DNA of 64,000 nucleotides from Obrimoposthia wandeli. Its lineage: Eukaryota. Location: the NCBI GenBank assembly GCA_977020255.1, contig CDROCS010002834.1, positions 310,001-374,000 on the forward strand. The letters run 5' to 3'. Made by a program: the position numbers and the translations under genes. The notes under the pieces are model-generated. The model had not been told where the DNA came from and ran no database searches. It saw only the letters and a list, made by a program, of their open reading frames with translations. Positions 8,965-17,632 of the stretch are shown one piece after another (within the stretch, counting starts at the first letter, position 1; each line of letters opens with the position of its first letter).

Positions 8965-9743
8965 TATGGAGACTAATCTGTTTGCTAACACCATTAATCC
9001 TAGGAGGTTGCACTTTATGGCCACCTGTAGAGGATAATGACCCAGATCCTCCCGTTCAAGTACAGCTTCGCCAACTAGAGCATCACGATTTTGAACTACA
9101 AATATTAGCAACTCGTGGTGCTAAGCTTTGTTTGCCGGGCCAATATCAAAAGCTTGAGTATCTTTATTTAAAAGCGCGCGACGAGGCAAAAGCAGGGTTT
9201 GATAAAGATGCTGAAATCACCTTACTTCAATACCAAACTCAACAAGCTGTCATTCAAACTCAAATGGATTGGCTTGAATATCACACTACATGCTTTGACC
9301 ATAACTATTCAGAAGTTGAGCTAAAAGAAAAACTCCTTCTTTTTATGGCACTTGATAATCAATTTGCGTTAAACCGTGCAGAGCTATTACCTGATTATCA
9401 ACAAGCATTACGCTATGCCGCAACAATATTGAAGCGACAATCTCATTGGCACCTTCAACTTACAGGTCATACCGACTCATTAGGGACTAGTGACAGCAAC
9501 ATCCAACTAGGAATGAAAAGAGCCTCAGCAGTAAAACGCTTTCTGATCGAGCAAGGGGTTAAATCAAACCAAATAGCGATATTCAGTGCAGGAGAAAGTA
9601 TGTCTATGGATGACACTCACTCACGAACCCAACGCCTTGCTAATCGAAAAGTTGAGGCACAAGTTCTTGTTGAACATCACACGCAATCTTTACACCGTGT
9701 GTACTCACTAAAAGACTGGAACGCAGTAAGAGAATCATTATGA
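8961..9743 (+). CDS. sypB: OmpA-domain lipoprotein (SypB-like)
   Basis: Lipobox LGGC; LTGHTDSLG, LGMKRASAVK, NRKVE OmpA motifs; ATGA overlap with sypA. Confidence 0.85.
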   Translation: MIWRLICLLTPLILGGCTLWPPVEDNDPDPPVQVQLRQLEHHDFELQILATRGAKLCLPGQYQKLEYLYLKARDEAKAGFDKDAEITLLQYQTQQAVIQTQMDWLEYHTTCFDHNYSEVELKEKLLLFMALDNQFALNRAELLPDYQQALRYAATILKRQSHWHLQLTGHTDSLGTSDSNIQLGMKRASAVKRFLIEQGVKSNQIAIFSAGESMSMDDTHSRTQRLANRKVEAQVLVEHHTQSLHRVYSLKDWNAVRESL

Positions 9744-12694
9744 GAAGAATGCTCCTACTTCTTCTACTAATAATGCCTTTTTCTTACGTATGGGGAGATA
9801 CATTAACACCCGGCGATCGGGTTTTTTTACAACTTCCGGGTGAGGCAGCTTTTGATGATCCCTATACGATTGATGACCAAGGACAATTACGGTTACCGGA
9901 AGTAGGGTTAATCAATGTTGCAGGGTTAACCGTAATAGACGCCGAACAGCGTATACGTCAAAAACTCGCATCGATATATCGCAACCTTGATGAATTCAAA
10001 CTCACGATTATGGAGCAACTTATTCGAATTAAGGTGCTTGGCTATGTAGAAAAACCCGGAACCGTATCACTTAAACCTGGAAGTAATGTTCAAATGGCTC
10101 TTTCCGCCGCTGGCGGGGCAAGGCCTGGGGCACAATTAGATAAATTCAAGTTACTGCGTAATAGCAATACCAAAATATTCAATTATAAAGCTTATCTGGA
10201 TTCTGGCGATCAGACTCTGCTACCCAGCCTTAAGGGTGGTGATACTATTTTCATTCCTGCATCTCCACTATTAGGCAACATCGAAATGAATTTTGATGAT
10301 ATGTCGATACATGAAAGAGGAGATGCCGACGAGGCACAAGGCATAACTATTTTTGGGGAGTTACGCAATCCAGGCACCTTCAGCTTCAAGCCTAATATGA
10401 CGGTTGTCGATGCATTAATGCGAGCCAACGGTGTTACCCGTTATGCCGATGTAACGAAAATACGTGTGATTACCGATGGGATGTCTTATCGTTTCAATTT
10501 AAGTACTTATCTTGAAACTGGAGATACCAGTAACCTTCCTCCGATAAAACCAGGCACAACCATCTTTGCCCCAATTGAAGCACCTGAAAAAACGAGTACC
10601 GACGATACTCAAGGTGTCACCATTTTTGGTGAATTACACAAACCCGGCACCTTCAGCTTCAAACCGAATATGAACGTCGTCGACGCACTAATGCGGGCAG
10701 AAGGTATTACCCGTTATGCTGATGTCACAAAAATACGTGTCATAACAGATAATGTTCCCAGCCAATTTGATTTAAAAGCCTACCTTGATACTGGTAAAAC
10801 AGACAACATGCCAGAAGTTAAACCAGGCACGACCATTTTTGTTCCTATTGAAGTAAAAGATATCAACACAACCTCACGAACCATCTACGTGATGGGCGAG
10901 GTAAAAGCCGCGGGGCCCTATGAAACATCACCAGGTACAAGTTTTATCGATGTTCTTGCCAATGCAGGAGGGCCAACTCGTTTTGCTGATACAACGAATA
11001 TAAAAATATTAAGTGATACAAAGGCTCCCATCGCAATTAACTTGGTTCAATATGCAAAAAACCCAGCCAAGTATTCTCTCCCAACAATGTCCCCTGGTGA
11101 TGTGATTTTCATACCTGAAAAAGTAGACCTTAATGAAAAGTCATGGCTAAAAGTCACCAATGATCGTGCAATCAAAATCATGGGGGCGGTCTATAAGCCT
11201 GGTCGCTATGAATGGCATGACAGTATGACATTTCTAGATTTACTCGCTCACTCTGGTGGCCCTAGGGAAAAAGCTAATCTCAGTAACATTCGAATAATTA
11301 AAGAATCTACGGCTGAAAATAAAGGCCATGAGGTTCAGTTCTTCGACTTACAAGCGTTTACTAAACAGGGAAGCCCAACAAATTTACTGCCTAATTTAAA
11401 TGCCAGCGATACAGTCATCGTCGATGAGTTGCCTCATGATCCTACCGATAATAAAGCTGGCTGGATTAGACAGTCAGCAAAAGATTCCATTTATATTTTT
11501 GGTGAAGTAGGAGCTCCTGGTCGCTATGCTTTTAACCAAGAACTTGGTTTTTTAGATATCCTTTCCGCTGCAGATGGTCCAAATAGTGAAGCTGATATTC
11601 AAGAAATTTTAATTAGCCACAGAAACGGCAAAACGAGCCGAGTGACACGTTTTGATTTAGCTCGATACTTTGAAACAGGCAATGAAAAAGTGTTGCCAAA
11701 AGTGAGTGCTGGCGATGTTATTTATGTGCCAAAAACTGAGAGTGTCGCCGATACCAAAGCCGTCAAAGTCATTGGTGCCGTCAATACTCCTGGACGCTAC
11801 AAATGGAATAACCAGATGTCCTTTCTTGATTTACTCGCGATGGCTGGCGGCCCAAAGCAGGAAGCCAATATTAGTAATATTCGCATAATTAAAGAGAGCC
11901 GAATTGGGAAAGAAAATGTCATTTATTTTGATCTCGAGAGCTTTATAAATGAAGGGGGAAATTTTGCAGGCCTTCCTCGATTAGAAGCTGGCGATACTAT
12001 TGTTATTGATGAATTACCTCACGATCCTACCGATAATAAGGCAAGTTGGATACGCCAATCATCAGATGATTCGATTTATGTATTCGGTCAAGTTGGCGTT
12101 CCTGGTCGTTACGCTTTTAACCACGAATTAGGGTTTCTCGACATCTTATCCGCAGCCGATGGCCCCAACGGTGAAGCAGACTTACGTCAAATTAGAATAA
12201 GTCATCGTGATGGCAATAAAACCAAAGTGACTCAATTAAATCTATCGCTATACTTTGAAACAGGTGATGAATCATTAATCCCTAAGGTCGTACCCGGAGA
12301 TGTGATATATGTCCCTCGACGTCAAGGTGATTGGCTAGATAAACCCGCAGAACGCGTTGTTCGATTAATGGGGGCCGTCAATAAGCCGGGGCGCTATTCT
12401 TTCAATACACAAATGAATATTTTAGATTTACTTGCTGAAGCCGGTGGACCAACAGATAACGCTTATATAGATAGAATCATGATCGTAAATACATCGTGTT
12501 GCGGTGATAAATCACAAACATTTAGCTTAAGAGATTATGTTAATGATCCCAGTGGTAGCCCACTGCCCCTACTCCGCCCTGGTGATACGGTGTACGTCCC
12601 AGATCAAGATGACTCAGTAACAGAGCAGTTCCGCCAAGGGGTAAGGGATGCACTAAGTATTATCACGTTAATTGTATTAGGGGCTGCCTTATGA
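9740..12694 (+). CDS. sypC: OPX polysaccharide export protein with nine SLBB/beta-grasp modules (SypC-like)
   Basis: Poly_export domain (LTPGD, IDDQGQLRLPEVG) followed by repeated GxVxxPG...GDxIxVP modules. Confidence 0.88.
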   Translation: MRRMLLLLLLIMPFSYVWGDTLTPGDRVFLQLPGEAAFDDPYTIDDQGQLRLPEVGLINVAGLTVIDAEQRIRQKLASIYRNLDEFKLTIMEQLIRIKVLGYVEKPGTVSLKPGSNVQMALSAAGGARPGAQLDKFKLLRNSNTKIFNYKAYLDSGDQTLLPSLKGGDTIFIPASPLLGNIEMNFDDMSIHERGDADEAQGITIFGELRNPGTFSFKPNMTVVDALMRANGVTRYADVTKIRVITDGMSYRFNLSTYLETGDTSNLPPIKPGTTIFAPIEAPEKTSTDDTQGVTIFGELHKPGTFSFKPNMNVVDALMRAEGITRYADVTKIRVITDNVPSQFDLKAYLDTGKTDNMPEVKPGTTIFVPIEVKDINTTSRTIYVMGEVKAAGPYETSPGTSFIDVLANAGGPTRFADTTNIKILSDTKAPIAINLVQYAKNPAKYSLPTMSPGDVIFIPEKVDLNEKSWLKVTNDRAIKIMGAVYKPGRYEWHDSMTFLDLLAHSGGPREKANLSNIRIIKESTAENKGHEVQFFDLQAFTKQGSPTNLLPNLNASDTVIVDELPHDPTDNKAGWIRQSAKDSIYIFGEVGAPGRYAFNQELGFLDILSAADGPNSEADIQEILISHRNGKTSRVTRFDLARYFETGNEKVLPKVSAGDVIYVPKTESVADTKAVKVIGAVNTPGRYKWNNQMSFLDLLAMAGGPKQEANISNIRIIKESRIGKENVIYFDLESFINEGGNFAGLPRLEAGDTIVIDELPHDPTDNKASWIRQSSDDSIYVFGQVGVPGRYAFNHELGFLDILSAADGPNGEADLRQIRISHRDGNKTKVTQLNLSLYFETGDESLIPKVVPGDVIYVPRRQGDWLDKPAERVVRLMGAVNKPGRYSFNTQMNILDLLAEAGGPTDNAYIDRIMIVNTSCCGDKSQTFSLRDYVNDPSGSPLPLLRPGDTVYVPDQDDSVTEQFRQGVRDALSIITLIVLGAAL
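10337..10882 (+). repeat. intragenic tandem duplication, 273-nt period (one SLBB module)
   Basis: QGITIFGEL..PGTTIFAPIE versus QGVTIFGEL..PGTTIFVPIE; 60/81 aa identical by hand count. Confidence 0.92.
11165..12316 (+). repeat. intragenic tandem duplication, about 585-nt period (two SLBB modules)
   Basis: DELPHDPTDNKA at 11423 and 12008; GDVIYVP at 11711 and 12296; LGFLDILSAADGPN occurs twice. Confidence 0.92.
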
Positions 12695-13386
12695 AGCCGT
12701 GGCTAAGCCAAGAATATGACCAATTATTCCAACAAATTCATCAACAAGAAGCCCGGGTTATTAGCTTTACTGGTGCAAGTCCACAATGTGGAAGTTCTAC
12801 ACTGTGCTATTGGCTGGCTAGACGTTGTGCTGAGGACAACAATAAAGTTTTATTGATCGACCTTGATCTGTCGGGATCAGGGCAAGGAAATCACAACGCA
12901 GATTGGGAAACGGACGGCTCGGGTGAAATAGACGCTATTATTCATAAAACCCCCCAACTTGATATTCTTCCCCCTCCTAAGAATCAAGAAACCACAATGG
13001 CTCTACGACAGCCACAAACACTATTAAATACTATCCAGCGATGGCAACAAACCTATCACTACATTATTTTTGATGCAGGTACTATATCAGCGGCTAACTG
13101 GCGTAACCTTCCAGCAGCAAACATTTGTCATGCTAGTGATGCTGCAATCTTATGTATAGCAGCAGCAAGAACAACAGAAAGTGAAGTACTTACAAGTATC
13201 GATAGGCTAAAGCAAGGAGGTGTAAATTTATTAGGGAGTATCGTGAATGACCAAAATAACCCATCATTGGCCTGTGAACTATTACGCATCTTAGATACAA
13301 AAGCGTCATGGCTTCCCCAAAAGGTTAAAAAATGGCTCACCCACTATCTGAATCAAAATTCAATGCTACAAGGAAAGTATCAATAA
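12691..13386 (+). CDS. sypD: CpsD/CapB-like P-loop protein (SypD-like) with degenerate Walker A
   Basis: ISFTGASPQCGSSTL, VLLIDLD, IIFDAG, LLGSIVN; ATGA overlap with sypC. Confidence 0.8.
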   Translation: MKPWLSQEYDQLFQQIHQQEARVISFTGASPQCGSSTLCYWLARRCAEDNNKVLLIDLDLSGSGQGNHNADWETDGSGEIDAIIHKTPQLDILPPPKNQETTMALRQPQTLLNTIQRWQQTYHYIIFDAGTISAANWRNLPAANICHASDAAILCIAAARTTESEVLTSIDRLKQGGVNLLGSIVNDQNNPSLACELLRILDTKASWLPQKVKKWLTHYLNQNSMLQGKYQ

Positions 13387-13424
13387 ATGATGCAAATATA
13401 ATTTTAAAACAATCTGATGCATTA

Positions 13425-14405
13425 TCACAATTGATAGGCTTTCTCTATTTGCTCCCAACGACTTTCACCACTGAAATCATCAACAATTTTGGCATGCGAA
13501 TCTTTTGAAAGCGCTCCCCACTCGATGTTATCGTAAGCACTCAACTTACCAATTAAAATCGATAAATTTTTCCAATCCGACTCTGCAACAATCCAATCAC
13601 TCGCCACTAATTTAGAAAGATCACCCACATTTGTCGCGATAACAGGAACACCATATGCCATCGCCTCTAACGCCGCCATTGGCAGCCCCTCAGCGCGAGA
13701 ACTAATTACAAGCACATCAATCAAAGACCAATATTCATCCATGGCGTCAACTGCGCCATACCACTGAATGTTTTTTTTATTAATGAGTCGCGATTGTTCA
13801 TCTCCATCACCAAAAACATGAAATTGGCAGCTGGTAAGCACATCACTCAACTCAATAAAGCGATCAATCCCTTTTTCATGACTAAGGCGACCAACAAAAC
13901 CAACTTGTAGAACCTCATGTTTAGATCGCATTTTGAACTCTGGTAATTGCATAATGAAATTATTTAACAAATGACAACGAAAAGGGATGGTACGCTTAAT
14001 CCTAGAGCTGACAGCAAAGTTATAGGATAGAAAACTTGTTACTCGATTTAAATACTCATAAGAAGCCAATTTTCCACTTAACTTTTCTCCCGCATGAAAA
14101 CTACTGATTGCACGAAATGAGTACCTAAGCCGATAAAATCGAGAGAGTAAAGAGGCTTTATAGCCATGGGCATGAATAACATCAGAGGGTAAAAGTAGAC
14201 GAAAGAATGAAGAAGGGCCCATATCAGATAAGAAACGATACTTTATGTTATTTGCATAGAGACGTTGATACAGAGGGTGATCGGGATAATGGTCAACAAA
14301 CAAAACTTCAACGTCTCTGTTTTGTCGTTTAACCAGAAGAGCAAATTGCAGTATATGACTTTCGATACCACCAAAGCCTGAACTATCGATAAATAAATAA
14401 ATCAT
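13425..14405 (-). CDS. GT4 glycosyltransferase (SypI-like)
   Basis: FIDSSGFGGIESH, HAHGYKAS, GFVGRLSHEKG, SSRAEGLPMAALEA; ATG 14405 preferred because GGAG lies 6 nt upstream. Confidence 0.87.
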   Translation of the reverse strand: MIYLFIDSSGFGGIESHILQFALLVKRQNRDVEVLFVDHYPDHPLYQRLYANNIKYRFLSDMGPSSFFRLLLPSDVIHAHGYKASLLSRFYRLRYSFRAISSFHAGEKLSGKLASYEYLNRVTSFLSYNFAVSSRIKRTIPFRCHLLNNFIMQLPEFKMRSKHEVLQVGFVGRLSHEKGIDRFIELSDVLTSCQFHVFGDGDEQSRLINKKNIQWYGAVDAMDEYWSLIDVLVISSRAEGLPMAALEAMAYGVPVIATNVGDLSKLVASDWIVAESDWKNLSILIGKLSAYDNIEWGALSKDSHAKIVDDFSGESRWEQIEKAYQL

Positions 14406-14435
14406 GTCATTCTCCATACGATGAAGAATATTACA

Positions 14436-14452
14436 TGCAAAAAAAAAGCCGA
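14436..14452 (-). promoter_or_regulatory. candidate sigma54 promoter with T9 tract, overlapping the rplQ terminator
   Basis: Minus strand TCGGCTTTTTTTTTGCA: GG-N10-GC; 15/16 identical to the 3871 site; predicted +1 near 14425. Confidence 0.55.
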
Positions 14453-14470
14453 GTTTAAAAACTCGGCTTT
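14439..14470 (-). terminator. intrinsic terminator of the alpha operon
   Basis: Stem AAAGCCGAGTT/AACTCGGCTTT with T9 tail, just after the rplQ stop. Confidence 0.9.
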
Positions 14471-14496
14471 CTCTTAATTTAGCAAACTAAAGCTTA

Positions 14497-14877
14497 TTAA
14501 GCTGTAGTAGCTTCCTGAGCAGGACGATCTACTAGCTCGATGTAAGCCATTGGGGCTTTATCGCCAGTACGGAAACCGCATTTCATAATGCGCGTGTAAC
14601 CACCTGGACGCTTAGCAAAGCGTGGACCTAATTCAGTAAACAATTTCGCTACCACTGCGTTATCACGCGTGCGGGCGAAAGCAAGACGACGGTTAGCAAC
14701 ACTGTCTGTCTTTGCTAGGGTAATCAATGGCTCAATTACGCGACGTAGCTCTTTTGCTTTTGGCAAAGTAGTCTTGATAATTTCGTGACTTACCAAAGAG
14801 CTAGCCATGTTGCTGAACATCGCTTTACGATGGCTGCTGTTGCGGTTGAGTTGACGACCACTCTTACGATGGCGCAT
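14497..14877 (-). CDS. rplQ: 50S ribosomal protein L17
   Basis: [17 protein letters not shown]. Confidence 0.99.
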   Translation of the reverse strand: MRHRKSGRQLNRNSSHRKAMFSNMASSLVSHEIIKTTLPKAKELRRVIEPLITLAKTDSVANRRLAFARTRDNAVVAKLFTELGPRFAKRPGGYTRIMKCGFRTGDKAPMAYIELVDRPAQEATTA

Positions 14878-14910
14878 GACCTAATCCTTCTAACTAGATA
14901 TCAGTAACTA

Positions 14911-15900
14911 TTAATCTTCAGCGATTGATGCTGGCGGCCAGTTTTCTAAGCGCATGCCTAGAGAAAGACCACGTGATGCCAACACATCTTTGATTTCTGT
15001 CAAAGACTTCTTACCAAGGTTTGGAGTCTTTAGAAGCTCCACCTCAGTACGCTGAACGAGATCACCGATGTAATGGATCGCTTCTGCTTTCAAACAGTTA
15101 GCAGAGCGAACAGTTAGTTCAAGATCGTCTACAGGACGCAGTAGGATCGGATCGAACTCTGGCTTCTCTTCTTTCTCTTCAGGAACTCGTACATCACGAA
15201 GATCTACAAATGCATCCAATTGTTCAGCAAGAATAGTTGCTGCACGACGGATAGCTTCCTCAGGATCAAGTGTACCGTTTGTCTCCATATCGATTACTAG
15301 CTTATCAAGGTCAGTACGTTGTTCAACGCGAGCTGCCTCTACAGCGTAAGCAATACGGTCAACTGGGCTGTAAGTTGCATCAACTAACAGACGACCAATT
15401 GGACGCTCATCTTCTTCAGTGTGAATACGAGCTGATGCTGGTACATAGCCACGACCACGTTCTACCTTGATGCGCATGCTAATTTCAGCATGATCATCAG
15501 TAAGGTGGCAGATTACGTGCTCTGGGTTCGCAATCTCAACATCACCATCATGGGTGATGTCACCTGCAACAACAGGGCCTGCACCAGACTTGTTCAGAGT
15601 AAGAATAACTTCATCTTTACCCTCAACCTTAACGGCAAGACCTTTAAGGTTTAAAAGGATTTCGAGAATATCTTCATGAACTCCCTCTTTGGTGCTGTAC
15701 TCATGTAACACACCATCGATTTCTACTTCAGTTACAGCACAACCTGGCATTGAAGATAATAGAATACGACGAAGAGCGTTTCCTAGCGTGTGACCAAAGC
15801 CACGCTCTAGTGGCTCTAGAGTTACTTTTGCGTGCGTCGAGCTCACTTGTTCAATATCAACAAGACGCGGCTTAAGAAATTCTGTTACAGAACCCTGCAT
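14911..15900 (-). CDS. rpoA: RNA polymerase subunit alpha
   Basis: [12 protein letters not shown]; [14 protein letters not shown]. Confidence 0.99.
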   Translation of the reverse strand: MQGSVTEFLKPRLVDIEQVSSTHAKVTLEPLERGFGHTLGNALRRILLSSMPGCAVTEVEIDGVLHEYSTKEGVHEDILEILLNLKGLAVKVEGKDEVILTLNKSGAGPVVAGDITHDGDVEIANPEHVICHLTDDHAEISMRIKVERGRGYVPASARIHTEEDERPIGRLLVDATYSPVDRIAYAVEAARVEQRTDLDKLVIDMETNGTLDPEEAIRRAATILAEQLDAFVDLRDVRVPEEKEEKPEFDPILLRPVDDLELTVRSANCLKAEAIHYIGDLVQRTEVELLKTPNLGKKSLTEIKDVLASRGLSLGMRLENWPPASIAED

Positions 15901-15923
15901 TGTGTCCTCTCTTAACTATAGCT

Positions 15924-16544
15924 TTACTTAGAGTAAAGCTCGACGATCAAGTGTTCGTTGATGTCGGCAGACAAATCAGAACGTTCTGGAAGGCGCTTGA
16001 AAGAACCTTCTAGTTTGCTGTTATCTACTTCGACCCAAGTCGGTAGTTCACGCTGTGTAGCAACTTCAAGAGCTGCCTTAATGCGTGCTTGGTTCTTAGC
16101 TTTCTCACGAATGCTAACAACGTCGTTTGCCGCTACCTTGAAAGAAGGAACGTTTACGACTGTACCGTTAACTAGAATCGCTTTGTGGCTTACCAGTTGA
16201 CGTGATTCAGCTCGTGTAGAACCAAAACCCATACGGTAAACTACGTTATCTAAACGACCTTCAAGAAGCTGAAGCAGGTTTTCACCTGTGTTGCCTTTAA
16301 GGCGAGCAGCTTCTTTATAGTAGTTACGGAATTGTTTTTCTAATACGCCATATGTACGACGAACTTTCTGCTTCTCACGAAGCTGAACACCGTAGTCAGA
16401 CAGACGACCACGTCGAGCACCATGTTGGCCCGGCGCGTTATCAATTTTACACTTGGTATCAATCGCACGTACGCCTGATTTAAGGAATAAATCAGTGCCT
16501 TCGCGACGGCTAAGCTTCAGCTTAGGACCCAAATATCTTGCCAT
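15924..16544 (-). CDS. rpsD: 30S ribosomal protein S4
   Basis: [16 protein letters not shown]; LIVELYSK. Confidence 0.99.
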   Translation of the reverse strand: MARYLGPKLKLSRREGTDLFLKSGVRAIDTKCKIDNAPGQHGARRGRLSDYGVQLREKQKVRRTYGVLEKQFRNYYKEAARLKGNTGENLLQLLEGRLDNVVYRMGFGSTRAESRQLVSHKAILVNGTVVNVPSFKVAANDVVSIREKAKNQARIKAALEVATQRELPTWVEVDNSKLEGSFKRLPERSDLSADINEHLIVELYSK

Positions 16545-16571
16545 GTTCTTTCTCCAATATTCCTAGGAACG

Positions 16572-16967
<396 letters not shown>

Positions 16968-16980
16968 CTACCTTATCCGA

Positions 16981-17337
16981 CTATCTTTTGATCGGCTTGC
17001 GCGGACCTTTGCGGGTACGTGCGTTGGTTTTAGTACGCTGTCCACGTAGAGGTAGACTGCGACGGTGACGGATTCCACGGTAACAACCAAGGTCCATAAG
17101 ACGCTTGATGTTCATAGAAACTTCACGACGTAGATCACCTTCTACAGTGTATTTAGCTACACCATCACGCAGTAGATCGATCTGTTCTTCAGATAATTCA
17201 CTGATCTTAACATGTTCAGCAATACCCGCTTCAGCTAAAACAGCCTTAGAACGAGTTTGACCGATTCCGTAAATCGCTGTAAGTGCGATAACAGAATGTT
17301 TTTGATCAGGAATGTTAATGCCTGCAATACGGGCCAC
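16981..17337 (-). CDS. rpsM: 30S ribosomal protein S13
   Basis: [11 protein letters not shown]; [14 protein letters not shown]. Confidence 0.99.
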   Translation of the reverse strand: MARIAGINIPDQKHSVIALTAIYGIGQTRSKAVLAEAGIAEHVKISELSEEQIDLLRDGVAKYTVEGDLRREVSMNIKRLMDLGCYRGIRHRRSLPLRGQRTKTNARTRKGPRKPIKR

Positions 17338-17466
17338 TATTCACTCCTAGTACTTTACAAGAATAACCACTGCAGAGCCCGTTTAGGATACGCAGTGGCG
17401 GTACAATTCTTTTGCACACACAAAAGATTGGTTGGCTAATTTAGCCAACCTACCTTCAATTTGCAA
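17338..17466 (-). promoter_or_regulatory. alpha-operon promoter and S4-regulated leader
   Basis: TTGCAA (17461-66), 17-bp spacer, TAAATT (17438-43), closely resembling the E. coli alpha promoter; leader resembles the rpsM pseudoknot leader. Confidence 0.8.
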
Positions 17467-17482
17467 GAAATATTTCTGCTAA

Positions 17483-17596
17483 TTAGCCTTGGCGTTGCTT
17501 ATGCTTTGGCTCAATGCAAATTATACGCACAACACCGTTGCGCTTAATAACTTTACAGTTACGGCAGATTTTCTTAACGGAAGCACGAACTTTCAT
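17483..17596 (-). CDS. rpmJ: 50S ribosomal protein L36 (not in the ORF track)
   Basis: Hand translation [37 protein letters not shown]. Confidence 0.98.
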   Translation of the reverse strand: MKVRASVKKICRNCKVIKRNGVVRIICIEPKHKQRQG

Positions 17597-17632
17597 TGCT
17601 AAACTCCGTAAAGGTTACCTAACTTCAAGGAC

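Noticed and set aside
6891-13778. A8/T8 runs inside EPS coding regions (6891-98, 8192-99, 13771-78) as phase-variation tracts
   Set aside because: All are in frame and encode Lys-rich stretches; runs of this length are expected in AT-rich genes.
830-14600. SypG enhancer (TTCTCA-N3-TG.. as recalled) upstream of the four sigma54-like sites
   Set aside because: No convincing copy found by eye within about 150 bp upstream of any site; a PWM scan is still needed.
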